Part shown: in pieces, positions 37,917-48,619 of the stretch
How the letters are laid out: each line of letters opens with the position of its first letter
Numbering within the stretch: the first letter of the stretch is position 1
Assembly: GCA_049423385.1 (NCBI GenBank)
Contig: JBMSQQ010000002.1
Coordinates: 9,006 to 73,005, forward strand
Reading direction: 5' to 3'
Origin: Silvanigrellaceae bacterium
GTDB lineage: Bacteria > Bdellovibrionota_B > Oligoflexia > Silvanigrellales > Silvanigrellaceae
DNA length: 64,000 bases
The notes under the pieces: generated by a model
Database searches by the model: none
What the model was told of the DNA's origin: nothing
Seen by the model: the letters and a program-made list of their open reading frames with translations, nothing else
Made by a program: the position numbers and the translations under genes

Positions 37917-39031
37917 GTTCTGTCCTGTTCATTTTGCTTTTCTGAAAATGAAGACAGCCTTGGCAAAGTCACGGTGAATGTTGTGCCAACACCTTCGCTG
38001 GACTGACACGAAATCGAACCCTTGTGCTGGGTGACGATTGAATACGAGATTGCAAGGCCAAGTCCAGTCCCTTCGCCCACAGGTTTGGTGGTGAAAAATG
38101 GATCAAAAATCTTGGCAACCTGCGATTTTGGAATTCCGGTTCCGGAATCGCGGATTTTCAATTCGATGGTGTTCTCGTTTTCCTGAATCGTGACTTCAAG
38201 TTCACCTCCGCCATCGCGCATTGCATAAATCGCGTTGGTGACGAGATTGAGAACGACCTGTGAAATTTTGCCCCGCGAACCTTCAATAAGAATCGGATTT
38301 TGAGGAGTGTTTATGGTGACCTGGATCCGTTCCTTGCGGAGAATCGCGCGTGAGAGTCTGAGCGTCGACTCCACGCAGTCGATCAGGTCGAAATTTTCAA
38401 CATTTTCCGGAGCGTCCTGGCGAGCAAATCCGAGCAAACCTTCGACAATGACTTTGCATTTTTGTGCTGCGGCTTCGATTTCGCGCATGTCCTCGAGGTG
38501 AGGATCCTCGGCCGACATTTCGCGAAGTGCCATTTGCGCGAATGCCATGATTCCAGCCAACGGGCTATTGATCTCGTGGGCAACGCCGCCAGCCATTTTA
38601 CCCAGTGCAGCCAATTTGTCTGCGCGGGCAAGGCTCTCGTGCAATGCCCTCTGTTGAGTGACGTCGCGATAATGCACAACGGTGAGAGCACCATTGTTGT
38701 GTTCAACATCCACATTTGGGCTGACCCGGATTTCGAGTTCACGACCATTGATGAGTTCGCGACTGTTCCAGGTTGATTTCAGTCCATCGACTCTTGCTTT
38801 TTGAACTTTGCAGTCGGGGCAGGGAGCATTGCGACCTGCAAAAGCTTCAAAGCACTTTTTGCCTCGAAACTCGGTGATCGCCAGTTGCTCGGGATTGACT
38901 GCCTTTTCTGCATATGCTCGATTTTGTCTTCGGATATTGAAATTTTCATCGATCAGCGCCAAAGGATCTTCAAGCGCATCAATCATTCCCAACCATTGGG
39001 TTTTGAGGTGTTCAACAAATTCGACGTCCAT
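37913..39031 (-). CDS. Cytoplasmic PAS-domain sensor histidine kinase (NtrB-like)
   Basis: GVAHEINSPL H box, QVVLNLVTNA, DSGTGI, FDPFFTTK, GTGLGL; PAS with CFEAFAGRNAPCPDC. Confidence 0.93.
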   Translation of the reverse strand: MDVEFVEHLKTQWLGMIDALEDPLALIDENFNIRRQNRAYAEKAVNPEQLAITEFRGKKCFEAFAGRNAPCPDCKVQKARVDGLKSTWNSRELINGRELEIRVSPNVDVEHNNGALTVVHYRDVTQQRALHESLARADKLAALGKMAGGVAHEINSPLAGIMAFAQMALREMSAEDPHLEDMREIEAAAQKCKVIVEGLLGFARQDAPENVENFDLIDCVESTLRLSRAILRKERIQVTINTPQNPILIEGSRGKISQVVLNLVTNAIYAMRDGGGELEVTIQENENTIELKIRDSGTGIPKSQVAKIFDPFFTTKPVGEGTGLGLAISYSIVTQHKGSISCQSSEGVGTTFTVTLPRLSSFSEKQNEQDRT

Positions 39032-39081
39032 AAAAATCGCCCTCTGTGGCTCTGCTTAGAGCTTAACAGAGGGCGATTTTT
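39032..39081. terminator. Intrinsic terminator-like hairpin after lon, abutting the kinase start codon
   Basis: AAAAATCGCCCTCTGT / ACAGAGGGCGATTTTT perfect 16-bp inverted repeat. Confidence 0.85.
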
Positions 39082-39109
39082 GCCTCGCGGCAGGGATGTG
39101 GCGCAAACG

Positions 39110-41692
39110 TCAGTGTCGCATGGTTTCAGGGGCTGAATTTCGTTGATTGGCCGTCATGGATGCAATTTCTGCAGCAGACTTCAGTTTGGACTGAAGTTCA
39201 TCCGTTTCATTCCAGGCAAGTGCATGGAAAAGAACCGAATCCACATGGTCGACTCCAACAACGGTCAATTTCTCGAGAACGTTCTTTGGAATTTCGTGAA
39301 GGTCTTTCAAATTCTCTCGTGGAATAATGATTTTCTTCACGCCACCGCGGTGCGCTGCGAGAAGTTTTTCCTTCAGGCCGCCAATCGGAAGGACTCGTCC
39401 ACGCAGGGTGATTTCTCCAGTCATGGCGATTTCACGGCTGACAGGCCGCTTGGTGAGCGCACTCACAAGTGCCGTTGCCATTGTGATACCGGCGCTTGGG
39501 CCATCTTTCGGAATCGCACCTTCCGGGAAGTGAACGTGGATGTCGATCTTTGAGTAAAAATCTTCCTCCAGGCCCAGGAAAGTTGCCCGTGAGCGAACGT
39601 AGCTGAAAGCAGCCTGGGCTGATTCCTGCATCACTTCACCCAGTTTTCCGGTGATTTTCAGGTTTCCTTTGCCGGTCACGATTGAGACTTCCGTAATCAG
39701 CAGGTCTCCGCCGACCTCTGTGTACGCCAATCCCTGGCAGACGCCAATTTCATCGCGGGTGCCTGTTTCGTTGATGCTGAAACGTCGAGGTCCGAGGTTG
39801 TCGCGAATGGTGCCATCGTTGACAACAGGAGCTTTGATGCCATCCAGTTTGATGATTTCAGTCAGAGTCGTTGGCAACGCTGATTTGTCGGTCGCCGGAG
39901 CGGCCGTTGTCGTTGTCGTTGAAGATTGTGCCGCAGCATTCGCCTTGGCCGCTTTCTCTGCCTTGGTTGGCTTGGTGGCTGTTGCCTCGGCTTCTGTTTT
40001 TTGTTTGAGCAGCTGACGGGCAATCTTTCTGCAGACACTCGAGATTTCACGCTCCAGGCTGCGGACTCCTGCTTCGCGGGTGTAGTAGCGAATCAGTTCT
40101 TCCAGAGCGGAATCATCAAACTTCAATCCTGTGGCCTCGAGTCCGTTGGACTTTGCAGCCTTTGGCACGAGGTGTCTTTGAGCGATGTTGACCTTCTCTT
40201 GCTCGGTATAACCGCCCAAGGTGATGATCTCCATGCGGTCCAACAACGGCTTCGGAATGGTATGAAGGTTGTTGGCCGTCGCCAAGAACAATGTCTGGGA
40301 AAGATCATAGTCCATGTCGAGGTAGTGGTCATTGAATGTCGAGTTCTGCTCGGGGTCAAGAACCTCAAGCATGGCGCTTGCCGGATCACCCCGGAAGTCT
40401 GAACTCATCTTGTCGATTTCGTCGAGCAAAATGACCGGATTGCTGGTGCCAGCCTTTTTGAGAGCGTTGACGATCTTGCCAGGCATTGCTCCAATGTAGG
40501 TACGGCGGTGTCCGCGGATTTCCGCTTCGTCGCGTACGCCACCCAGGGCGATGCGTGCAAATTCACGTCCTGTGGCACGAGCGATGCTGCGTGCCAAGCT
40601 TGTTTTACCAACGCCCGGAGGACCCACGAGGCAAAGAATGGGGCCCTTGAGTTTGTCGGACAAACTTGTCACCGCAAGAAATTCGAGGATTCGTTCTTTG
40701 ACCTTGTCGAGACCAAAGTGATCGGCTTCGAGCACTTCTTCGCTGAACTTGGGATCACGCAGCAATGTGCTGAATTCGCCCCAAGGAAGTCCGAGTGTGG
40801 TGTCGATGTAGTTGCGCACAACGGTTGCCTCGGCGCTCATCGGGCTCATGCCGCGAAGCTTTTTGAGTTCTTTTTTCAAACGATCGCGCGCTTCGTCGGA
40901 CAACTTCTTCGATTTGATTTTACTTTCCAGTTCGGCGATTTCGGTGCGGGAATCGTCGAAGTTGCCCAATTCCTTCTGAATAGCGTTCATCTGCTCGTTC
41001 AGGTAGTACTCTTTCTGGGTCTTTTCCATTTGGCGTTTGACTCGGGCACGAATCTTCTTTTCAACCCGAAGTATTTCAATTTCCGACTGGATGATTCCGA
41101 AAATTTCCTCAAGACGCTTTGCTGGATCGACAGTCTCAAGAATCCGCTGCTTGTCGGCCAGTTTCAGGTTTGCCAACTGCACAACAAGAGTGTCTGCAAG
41201 TCGGCTCTCATCTTCGATGGATGAGATCGAAAAGACCATTTCCGGTGGAACTTTTTTGTTCAACTTGACGTAGGTGTCGAACGCTGCCTTGACTGTTCTG
41301 ACCAAGGCTTCGTTTTCGACGGCTTGTCCTGGTGGTTCGGCGATTTCGGCAACTTCGACGACCAGGAGATCGTTGCTTTCGACGTATCTGCTGATTTTGG
41401 CGCGACGCTTTCCTTCAACTAGAATCTTGACCGTGCCGTCGGGTAGGCGAAGAAGCTGAAGTATTTGTGCGATGGTTCCGAACTCATAGATTTCTTCTGG
41501 CGTGGGATCGTTTGTCTTCGATTTTCGTTGCGCAGCCAGAAAGATTTCGCGGTTGCGCGACATCGCATCGTCAAGAGCCTTGATGCTTTTCTCACGCCCA
41601 ACAAACAGCGGTACCACCGTGTGCGGAAACACAAGAAGTTCCCGCAGAGGCAACAGTGGAAGGGTGCGGACGTTTGCTTTCTTTTCAGCCAT
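39110..41692 (-). CDS. lon: ATP-dependent Lon protease
   Basis: [24 protein letters not shown], catalytic [15 protein letters not shown]. Confidence 0.98.
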   Translation of the reverse strand: MAEKKANVRTLPLLPLRELLVFPHTVVPLFVGREKSIKALDDAMSRNREIFLAAQRKSKTNDPTPEEIYEFGTIAQILQLLRLPDGTVKILVEGKRRAKISRYVESNDLLVVEVAEIAEPPGQAVENEALVRTVKAAFDTYVKLNKKVPPEMVFSISSIEDESRLADTLVVQLANLKLADKQRILETVDPAKRLEEIFGIIQSEIEILRVEKKIRARVKRQMEKTQKEYYLNEQMNAIQKELGNFDDSRTEIAELESKIKSKKLSDEARDRLKKELKKLRGMSPMSAEATVVRNYIDTTLGLPWGEFSTLLRDPKFSEEVLEADHFGLDKVKERILEFLAVTSLSDKLKGPILCLVGPPGVGKTSLARSIARATGREFARIALGGVRDEAEIRGHRRTYIGAMPGKIVNALKKAGTSNPVILLDEIDKMSSDFRGDPASAMLEVLDPEQNSTFNDHYLDMDYDLSQTLFLATANNLHTIPKPLLDRMEIITLGGYTEQEKVNIAQRHLVPKAAKSNGLEATGLKFDDSALEELIRYYTREAGVRSLEREISSVCRKIARQLLKQKTEAEATATKPTKAEKAAKANAAAQSSTTTTTAAPATDKSALPTTLTEIIKLDGIKAPVVNDGTIRDNLGPRRFSINETGTRDEIGVCQGLAYTEVGGDLLITEVSIVTGKGNLKITGKLGEVMQESAQAAFSYVRSRATFLGLEEDFYSKIDIHVHFPEGAIPKDGPSAGITMATALVSALTKRPVSREIAMTGEITLRGRVLPIGGLKEKLLAAHRGGVKKIIIPRENLKDLHEIPKNVLEKLTVVGVDHVDSVLFHALAWNETDELQSKLKSAAEIASMTANQRNSAPETMRH

Positions 41693-41783
41693 TGAAATCC
41701 TCCAAGGCAAATCGACTGGCGACTGTTTCAAAGTTTAAGCACTTGGGAGCATTTGGCAATCAAACGCACGCATTTGACCCGAG

Positions 41784-43454
41784 TCAGTTTTCCGTTGCCT
41801 GCGAAATAGGCTTTTCCCATTCCGCAAGTTGGGATTCAAACTTCGGCCAGAGGCGGGCGAGAACAGATTCCCCGATGCTCTTTTGCTCAGACAACACTTC
41901 GGACAGTGCCTGCTGAGACGTGAGTGGATGAAACAGCACTGCCCGAAATACGACGGTGTCAAAGCCTGGTATTACCGATTCAAGGGTCGTGCGGGAAACA
42001 AAACTTTTCCCGCTTTGTCGTTGAATCTTTTGTATTTCGACGGTGGTTTCGTTGAGCAGGGCGGTCAATTGGTGCAGCGTGGGAACTCTGACGTCCTCAC
42101 GTTTTTGCTCGACAACGCTTTGTCTGAGCCGCTCCAGCTTTGCTTTCCAGGCAGCCGGAACAAATCGCCATGTGACGATGTTGGTCTTGACCTCGCTGGT
42201 GAGTTCGAAGCAGTCGGACTCATTGATCAGTTTCTCGAAAGCGCCAGCAAGCGAGAGTGAATATTCCATGAGTTGCGCATAATTTTTTCCGCCAATTGCC
42301 CAAAGCGCAAACCAAAGTTTGAAAGAATCAAAACGGCGACTTCCCTCCAGGCTTGTGCGGCCGAGATCAACACTGCCGGAGCGAATGATGTAGCGAGCCG
42401 TGTGGCGGAGAACATCGAGGGCTGATTCATCACGAAAAACAACCATCCCCTGAGCCATTGGAACGTAAAACAATTTGTGACCGTCGATAATCACGGAATC
42501 TGCGAGTTCGATGCCGGCGAACAATTTGCGGCCACGCTCGCAAAGCAATAGTGGCCCTCCCCAGGCCGCATCCACGTGAAACCATGCGCCCGTTTTTTGC
42601 GCCAAAGCGGCCAGCGCTGAAAGGTCATCCGAGCTGCCCGTTTCGGTGCTTCCTGCAACGCCCACAATCACCAGGGGGAGAATTCCCTGGGCCTGGTGCT
42701 GCATCATTGTTCGCTCGAGTGCAGCGATGTCAATTTGATTTGTGAACGGAACGACGGGTATTTCGTGGACGGATTGGGTCCCGAGTCCCAGCACTGAAGC
42801 CGCCTTGCGAATCGAATAATGGACACGCTTGCTGGCGTAGATGCCAACCTTGCGTTTGCCCATGCGTTCCAGGGCTTCAGAAACTCCCCAGTCCTTGCAT
42901 CTTGGAATTTTTTTGTTGCGGGCGACGGCAAGCGCCGTCAGATTTCCCATGGTTCCGCCACTCGTCACATTGCCTAAACACAGATCCGGTTTGTGCATGC
43001 GGGCCTTGTAGTAGTCGGAGTTTCTCCCAAAAACGAGCCGATGTATCCATGCCAAAAGCTGACCTTCCACGAAACTTCCGGCCAAGGCAGTCTCAATTTT
43101 CACAACGTTCTGGTTCAGCGCTGCAATGAGAAGTTCGAGACCCAGGTGAAAATACGGCGTGGCTCCAGTCATGTGGCCAATGTAATGCGGGTCTGCGACC
43201 TGTACTGAATGCTTGACAACGCGTTCACTCGAGAGTTGGAGCGCCTTTTCGACTCCAATTCCCTGAAATGGAATTTCAACTTCATGAAAAAGGCTCTCAA
43301 GGTCGGGCAAGCTCAGGTCACTGTGGAGTTTGTTCTCGGATTGCGGTTTCAGGAAATTCAGGGCTGCGTCAAGATTGCGCTCCACCAGACGGCGCAGGTT
43401 CTGTTCTGCACCAGGTTGGAAAAACAAAGCTCGCATGGCATCCTTGTGAGTCAT
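41784..43454 (-). CDS. panP: Group II PLP-dependent decarboxylase, PanP-like aspartate 1-decarboxylase
   Basis: YIGHMT, LNQNVVKIET, SGGTMGNLTAL, FHVDAAWGG, DGHK, RYIIRSGSVDLGRTSLEGSR. Confidence 0.8.
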   Translation of the reverse strand: MTHKDAMRALFFQPGAEQNLRRLVERNLDAALNFLKPQSENKLHSDLSLPDLESLFHEVEIPFQGIGVEKALQLSSERVVKHSVQVADPHYIGHMTGATPYFHLGLELLIAALNQNVVKIETALAGSFVEGQLLAWIHRLVFGRNSDYYKARMHKPDLCLGNVTSGGTMGNLTALAVARNKKIPRCKDWGVSEALERMGKRKVGIYASKRVHYSIRKAASVLGLGTQSVHEIPVVPFTNQIDIAALERTMMQHQAQGILPLVIVGVAGSTETGSSDDLSALAALAQKTGAWFHVDAAWGGPLLLCERGRKLFAGIELADSVIIDGHKLFYVPMAQGMVVFRDESALDVLRHTARYIIRSGSVDLGRTSLEGSRRFDSFKLWFALWAIGGKNYAQLMEYSLSLAGAFEKLINESDCFELTSEVKTNIVTWRFVPAAWKAKLERLRQSVVEQKREDVRVPTLHQLTALLNETTVEIQKIQRQSGKSFVSRTTLESVIPGFDTVVFRAVLFHPLTSQQALSEVLSEQKSIGESVLARLWPKFESQLAEWEKPISQATEN

Positions 43455-43572
43455 GTGGGTTCCTGTGTCGGGAGCCTTTTCACGCGGCTGTTGGGTTATC
43501 CAAACAACGGACGACTGCTTTATAATAGCTTTTTCATGATTGCCAACTTGAAGCCTGGGGCGGACTCTGACG

Positions 43573-44274
43573 ATGAACAATTTGCAGCAATACAGTGATA
43601 TGGCCGCGAGCTGGTGGGATGACTCGGGTCCATTTCAGGACCTGATCCACATGAACCCTGCCAGGTTCGAGTATTTCGACAGTATCTGCAGCGAATGGAA
43701 ACAGAAAACCATCCTTGACCTTGGCTGTGGTGGTGGCTTCGTTGCAGAGGAGTTGGCTCGACGAGGAGCGAACGTTGTTGGAGTCGATCCTTCAGGTCCA
43801 CTGCTGGGTGTCGCCAAACAGCATGCCCTCTCGAACGGATTGTCCATCGATTACAGGGTTGGCACCGGAGAGCAGATTCCGGCAGTCGATGCCTCATTTG
43901 ATGTCGTTGTTTGTGTCGATGTGCTGGAACATGTTGCCGATCTTGAAAAGGTGCTGAAAGAGGTGCGCAGGGTTCTCAAGCCCGGCGGACTTTTTCTGTA
44001 CGACACCATCAACCGCACACTCTTTTCTTTTGTATGGATGATTGTTGCCCTGGAGTGGATTTCTGGTCGGATTCCGCGCGGAACCCACGACTGGCGAAAG
44101 TTCATTCGACCCGGTGATCTCGCGCAACTTCTTTCTCAAACTGGTTTTACTCCCAAAGGTCAAAAGGGAATCAACATTGGTTCACTGGAACTCAAGGGTT
44201 TCCAGGTGAAACCAAAATTCCGCCTGGGTGCCGGCATGAGCGGAGTTTACGCGGGTTCAGCAGTTCGAGACTGA
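43573..44274 (+). CDS. ubiG: UbiG-like SAM-dependent O-methyltransferase
   Basis: WWD..GPF..L..MNPAR, LDLGCGGG, DVLEHV, TINRT, GTHDWRKFIRP. Confidence 0.88.
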   Translation: MNNLQQYSDMAASWWDDSGPFQDLIHMNPARFEYFDSICSEWKQKTILDLGCGGGFVAEELARRGANVVGVDPSGPLLGVAKQHALSNGLSIDYRVGTGEQIPAVDASFDVVVCVDVLEHVADLEKVLKEVRRVLKPGGLFLYDTINRTLFSFVWMIVALEWISGRIPRGTHDWRKFIRPGDLAQLLSQTGFTPKGQKGINIGSLELKGFQVKPKFRLGAGMSGVYAGSAVRD

Positions 44275-44304
44275 TTTTGAATCAAAAGGTCAAAAGGATT
44301 CGCA

Positions 44305-45828
44305 GTGCACTTTCATAAATTGAAAAATCTGCTCGTTGGTGCTGCCCTATTGGGCCCGACAGCATGTGCAACAGTCGGTGGAACACGACAGGCCATTTCA
44401 ATCGACTCAAGTCCTCGTGGATTTCAGGTTGCGGTCAACAGTTATGTCAGGGAAAGCGACCCGAAGACTCCATTCACGGAAGAGGTGAGCCGGGGGCGCA
44501 AACTTCATCTGGTTTATCATTCGGGTGATTTTACAAAAAAACGCAGCATCACTTGCGATTTTCGATATGGCACAGTTCTCATTGGCAACGGAGCACTTGC
44601 AGCATTGTCTCTCGCCAGTCCGCCTTTGGCGGCCGCCCTTTTGTTGGGTGGGATTGGAACCGACTTCATATCCGGAAGTGCCTTTGATTGTCCGCAACGG
44701 GTGAATCAGGAAATTCAAGTGCCTGAAGCGGTCGAGACCGACATTCAGGAAAAATGCAACAATGTGCTGATACTTCCTCCACGACTCGAGGAGGATGATT
44801 TGTCTCTGTCCTATGCGCTGATTGCTGAGGCACAAGATTTCGTCAAGCGCTTCGACAAACAGTGCCCAACCTTTGTGAGCTCTGCGACCACCGTCTCTGC
44901 CTTGAAAAGATCTTCGGTCCAGAGTGTGTTGCTTGACGAGCTTTTCAAACCGGAAATGGAAAAGAAACTCGTACAGGTCATACGTGACACCAACGCCAAT
45001 CGGGTTGTGGACATGAAGACCTTCAAAAAAAACCAGGGTGAAAGCGAGGTTGAATTTTCGCTTCGCGATTTATATTCCAAGACGGAAATATCCACTTTCA
45101 AAAAAGTATTTCCCCTTCAGAAAATTGAGAAACTCAAGGGCGGCTGGATTTCCCGCTACATTGGCAAATCGTTGCGCCTTGTACCCAACAGCTTTGCTTT
45201 GTCGACGTCCGTGCCAGCTCTTGGATTGACCAAAAAGGTGGAACTGTCGACCACGGATGATCTGATTCATCGTGACAGCTTTATAGGTATGTTGAGTTTG
45301 ACCTCCGTTCAACATCCGGATCAATACGCAAACTGGGATGCAGTCATCGATATTGGTCCGTCGATCTTTTTTGATTCGATTCGCAATCGGATTACATTCG
45401 ATCCAAATGATGAGGCAGTAAAGGCATTTGTTGCAGACAACCCCGAGGCAAGCAAAAGTTTCGATTTCAACGGCTACGCTTTGAATATTCCCATGGATGC
45501 CATGTTTTCCTTCCATACTCCGGCCGGCGCTTTTCGTTTGTTCGGCGGGGCGGGTGTTGGCTTGTACAAGTCGACTTCACGCGAGGCTGCCTCGCGTGAA
45601 CTTCAGGTTTTTCCCAATCTCCATCTGGGCACGGACTGGGTTGGTTATGCGACTCGCAATCTATTCGTTCAAATGGGCGGACATTTGTTTGGAACACTTG
45701 GAAAAAAATCTTTGGATGAACGACAGTATTTCGGATTGAATGGATGGCTTTCCTTCACCATCGGTGCAGGGTATTTTTTCCCGGACACTCAAGGTTATCT
45801 CGAGTCCTTGTTTGCAGGCAATCCGTGA
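44305..45828 (+). CDS. Hypothetical lipoprotein with C-terminal amphipathic beta strands
   Basis: Lipobox PTAC; ISIDSSPRG PEGA-like strand; ends in FTIGAGYFF-type strands. Confidence 0.65.
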   Translation: MHFHKLKNLLVGAALLGPTACATVGGTRQAISIDSSPRGFQVAVNSYVRESDPKTPFTEEVSRGRKLHLVYHSGDFTKKRSITCDFRYGTVLIGNGALAALSLASPPLAAALLLGGIGTDFISGSAFDCPQRVNQEIQVPEAVETDIQEKCNNVLILPPRLEEDDLSLSYALIAEAQDFVKRFDKQCPTFVSSATTVSALKRSSVQSVLLDELFKPEMEKKLVQVIRDTNANRVVDMKTFKKNQGESEVEFSLRDLYSKTEISTFKKVFPLQKIEKLKGGWISRYIGKSLRLVPNSFALSTSVPALGLTKKVELSTTDDLIHRDSFIGMLSLTSVQHPDQYANWDAVIDIGPSIFFDSIRNRITFDPNDEAVKAFVADNPEASKSFDFNGYALNIPMDAMFSFHTPAGAFRLFGGAGVGLYKSTSREAASRELQVFPNLHLGTDWVGYATRNLFVQMGGHLFGTLGKKSLDERQYFGLNGWLSFTIGAGYFFPDTQGYLESLFAGNP

Positions 45829-46757
45829 ACAGCCCTTCAGCAAAAGACAACCTTTTGTTTGACACCCATGCTCATGCAGATGCATTTCCATTGGTGGAAT
45901 GGCGCAGAGTCGCAGAGACAGCTTGGCAAAAAGGTGTGCGCGGCAATCTGAACGCGGGCGTCTGGTGGGACCAGCTGCGAAATCTTCTCGCCAATTTTTC
46001 CGCATGGACAGTGCCACTTGCGAAAGATGCAGAATCCTTTGATGATTTGCTGTTTCATTCGTCCCATTATCTCATTCTTCCCTGTCTGGGCCTGCATCCG
46101 ATGGAAGTCGCGCTCCGTTGGCATGATGAAACCGGAAAATTCGATTTGGGCAGAGCCCGGATGGACGTTGAAAATTTCAAAAGCGAAGCAACAAGTTTGA
46201 GGCAGTGGATTTGGGCAGTGGGCGAAACCGGATTTGATTGCGCAAAAGAAGTGATGGCTGGCTGGAGTTCAAAAGAAGAACTTCTTCTTGCTCAACAGTT
46301 TGCCTTTGATGCTTGTATTGAGGTTGCGCTGGAATTGAAAAGACCGATCGTTGTCCACAGCCGTTCTGCTTGGCAAAGATCGATGCAGGCCATCGAAGTG
46401 GCGCTCAGTCAAGGACTCGCGGGGTTCATGATCCACTGTTACGGAGGGCCCGCCGGAGATTTGCAGTGGGTCGCACGGCATGGAGGCTTTGCAAGCTTTG
46501 GTGGAGTACCAACCTGGTCTGCATCAAAAAAGGCGAAAGAGTCGCTCCGGTCTTGTCCCGACAGTGTTCTTCTGTTGGAAACCGATTCTCCTGATTTGCC
46601 GCCCGAATTGACGTGTGGTGGACGTCCAGAGTGGAACGAGCCTCAGTATCTTGCAGATATTTTGGAGTTTTCAGGTATATTGCGTCACCAACCTCAGGAA
46701 AAGTTGTCCAAATCGAACTATCTGAATTTCCGCCGCTTTCTTTTTGGAAAAAATTGA
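45825..46757 (+). CDS. tatD: TatD family hydrolase
   Basis: FDTHAH, GLHP, VGETGFD, VVHSR, IHCY, LLETDSP. Confidence 0.9.
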   Translation: MNSPSAKDNLLFDTHAHADAFPLVEWRRVAETAWQKGVRGNLNAGVWWDQLRNLLANFSAWTVPLAKDAESFDDLLFHSSHYLILPCLGLHPMEVALRWHDETGKFDLGRARMDVENFKSEATSLRQWIWAVGETGFDCAKEVMAGWSSKEELLLAQQFAFDACIEVALELKRPIVVHSRSAWQRSMQAIEVALSQGLAGFMIHCYGGPAGDLQWVARHGGFASFGGVPTWSASKKAKESLRSCPDSVLLLETDSPDLPPELTCGGRPEWNEPQYLADILEFSGILRHQPQEKLSKSNYLNFRRFLFGKN

Positions 46758-46894
46758 CGGAGTCTCGGTCGTGTTGTTTTTACTGGTTTGCTTTTTTGTA
46801 TAGGCAAATCAGGCGCCCGAAAAGCTTTGGTTTTTTGAAATTAGCTTTTTTTGCCGAAATTGATTCCGATACGCTCTGTGATCGGAGGCAGGAA

Positions 46895-47698
46895 ATGTTC
46901 CCGGCAAGAAAATCCGGACATGTATTGCTAGTGGGCTTGGCCGTGATTGCCACGGTTGTCGTCGGCTGTGGTGGTACTTTGAAAGATATTACCGGTGGTT
47001 CGAGCAGCAAAAATGACACCGACCAGCCACTCAGTCCTTCACCAACAACAGGTTCCTATATTGTTGGTATTCTTGTCGATGAAAATGGCGTGGCGATCCC
47101 CAATGCGATAGTGACGTACTCTCCAACGGAACAACCTGTTGTCACTGATCAGGAAGGTCGATTTCAAATTCCCTTTCAGGAGAACACGCAGAAAATTGTT
47201 GATCTCAGAATCAAATTGGCCAGCAACAGTGAAATTTCCGGTTCAATTGAAATTCCTGAGGATGTGAGATCAACGTCAGGATCAGGCATAATCAAGTCCA
47301 GAAGTCTCAAGGTATCGCTCAGCAAAAGCAATTCGATTGCAGGTTCATCCGTTGCCACGAATGCGCCGGCAATTGCTTCCATTGTTCCTTCGTCGATTTT
47401 GGCGGATGGTCGGGTTTCCCTTGCCGAATTGAATTCATCAGACTCGAGTGTTCAGGCGACTGAACTTTTTACGGTGAGCGTTTCTTCCGGTGGTGATGGA
47501 AAGTTTGCGCTGATTGAGTCGGAATACGGGTGCAACAGAGTTGTAAATTATCCCTTGACCCGCATGCCCCGAGTTTCCGATGTGAAATTGGTCAACGAGG
47601 AATCTCTCGTTGTCTGCATGAAGTTTCTTGCTCCGGATGGCTCGGAATCGGTTGCCCGCAGTCCCATATTCACACGCGAGGGCGTCCGCGGAGATTGA
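46895..47698 (+). CDS. Lipoprotein with carboxypeptidase-regulatory-like domain (probable paralog of 21744..22592)
   Basis: Lipobox VVGC; GSYIVGILVDENGVAIPNAIV...TDQEGRF. Confidence 0.72.
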   Translation: MFPARKSGHVLLVGLAVIATVVVGCGGTLKDITGGSSSKNDTDQPLSPSPTTGSYIVGILVDENGVAIPNAIVTYSPTEQPVVTDQEGRFQIPFQENTQKIVDLRIKLASNSEISGSIEIPEDVRSTSGSGIIKSRSLKVSLSKSNSIAGSSVATNAPAIASIVPSSILADGRVSLAELNSSDSSVQATELFTVSVSSGGDGKFALIESEYGCNRVVNYPLTRMPRVSDVKLVNEESLVVCMKFLAPDGSESVARSPIFTREGVRGD

Positions 47699-47705
47699 AG
47701 GTATG

Positions 47706-48395
47706 CTACAGATTCAATTCCCATCCACCATCTCGCAGGACCCGAACTTCACCGTCTTCGCTCAGATCCAGAATTGTTGAAACACTCAAGGGCAAGGGTT
47801 CGTCACCGGCAATCAGGAGTTTGATCTTGTTTTGTGCATGCCTGAGGACTCCTTCGGCGCTGGTCCACCATCTCTCGAGTGCTTCGTCCCCGTTGTCATC
47901 AACGTAACCTTCCGCCATCAGTTCCTCGCCGTCGGTGACGCTCGTGACCATCAAGGGTGTTTCCAAGGCCTGACAAATAGCCTGGGCTACAGGATTGCCT
48001 GAAATGCGAATCCCGACAGTGCTGCGGAATTCACCGGTGCTCATCTTGGGGGTGTTTTTGTTGACCGGTAGTATGAGTGTGAAGGGTCCGGGGAGCACAC
48101 GATTGACGACTCTGTATGCAGATGTTGACAGTTGGGCGATCTGATTGACCTGATTTGCATTCAGGCAGAGCAAACTGAAGGGTTTATGGCGGGGGTGAGC
48201 CTCGCGCAGCTTCAACAGCGAGGGGTGCGTCGATTTGTGCTCTGCGATTCCGGCATAGCAGTACCCTGTCTCGGTGGGCAGGACGATGACTTCGCCCTTG
48301 CGCAACACGTCAATGGCTCGATCCACGTGCCGTTGATTGATGGTTTTGCCAACGCAGACGAGAATTTCGCTCACAAATGCTCCAAATAAATGCAC
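47706..48395 (-). CDS. Sua5/YciO/YrdC family protein (threonylcarbamoyl-AMP synthase-like)
   Basis: VIVLPTETGY, KPFSLLC, LPGPFTLIL, TVGIRI, STILDL; start codon uncertain. Confidence 0.88.
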   Translation of the reverse strand: MHLFGAFVSEILVCVGKTINQRHVDRAIDVLRKGEVIVLPTETGYCYAGIAEHKSTHPSLLKLREAHPRHKPFSLLCLNANQVNQIAQLSTSAYRVVNRVLPGPFTLILPVNKNTPKMSTGEFRSTVGIRISGNPVAQAICQALETPLMVTSVTDGEELMAEGYVDDNGDEALERWWTSAEGVLRHAQNKIKLLIAGDEPLPLSVSTILDLSEDGEVRVLRDGGWELNL

Positions 48396-48619
48396 TTTAA
48401 AAAGCGCGAATGAACCGGTTTTGGCCTTGATGTTCTGGTCAATTATGCGACCCTTCTATCCAGTTGCGAAGCATCAGTAGTCAAATCAGGTCCACCATCC
48501 GGAGACGGGCGGTGGATGAGTTGACATCTGCCTTGCGATGTCTTTGTATGTGCATGTTTTTGTAAGAATCTGCACAACTTCTAATCACCAGCCGTGGAAT
48601 GAACGGAGGCCCTGAGCCG

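Noticed and set aside
48521..48552. Perfect TTGACA upstream of nuoCD as a sigma70 promoter
   Set aside because: The nearest -10-like hexamer (TATGTG) is 20 nt away; not supportable
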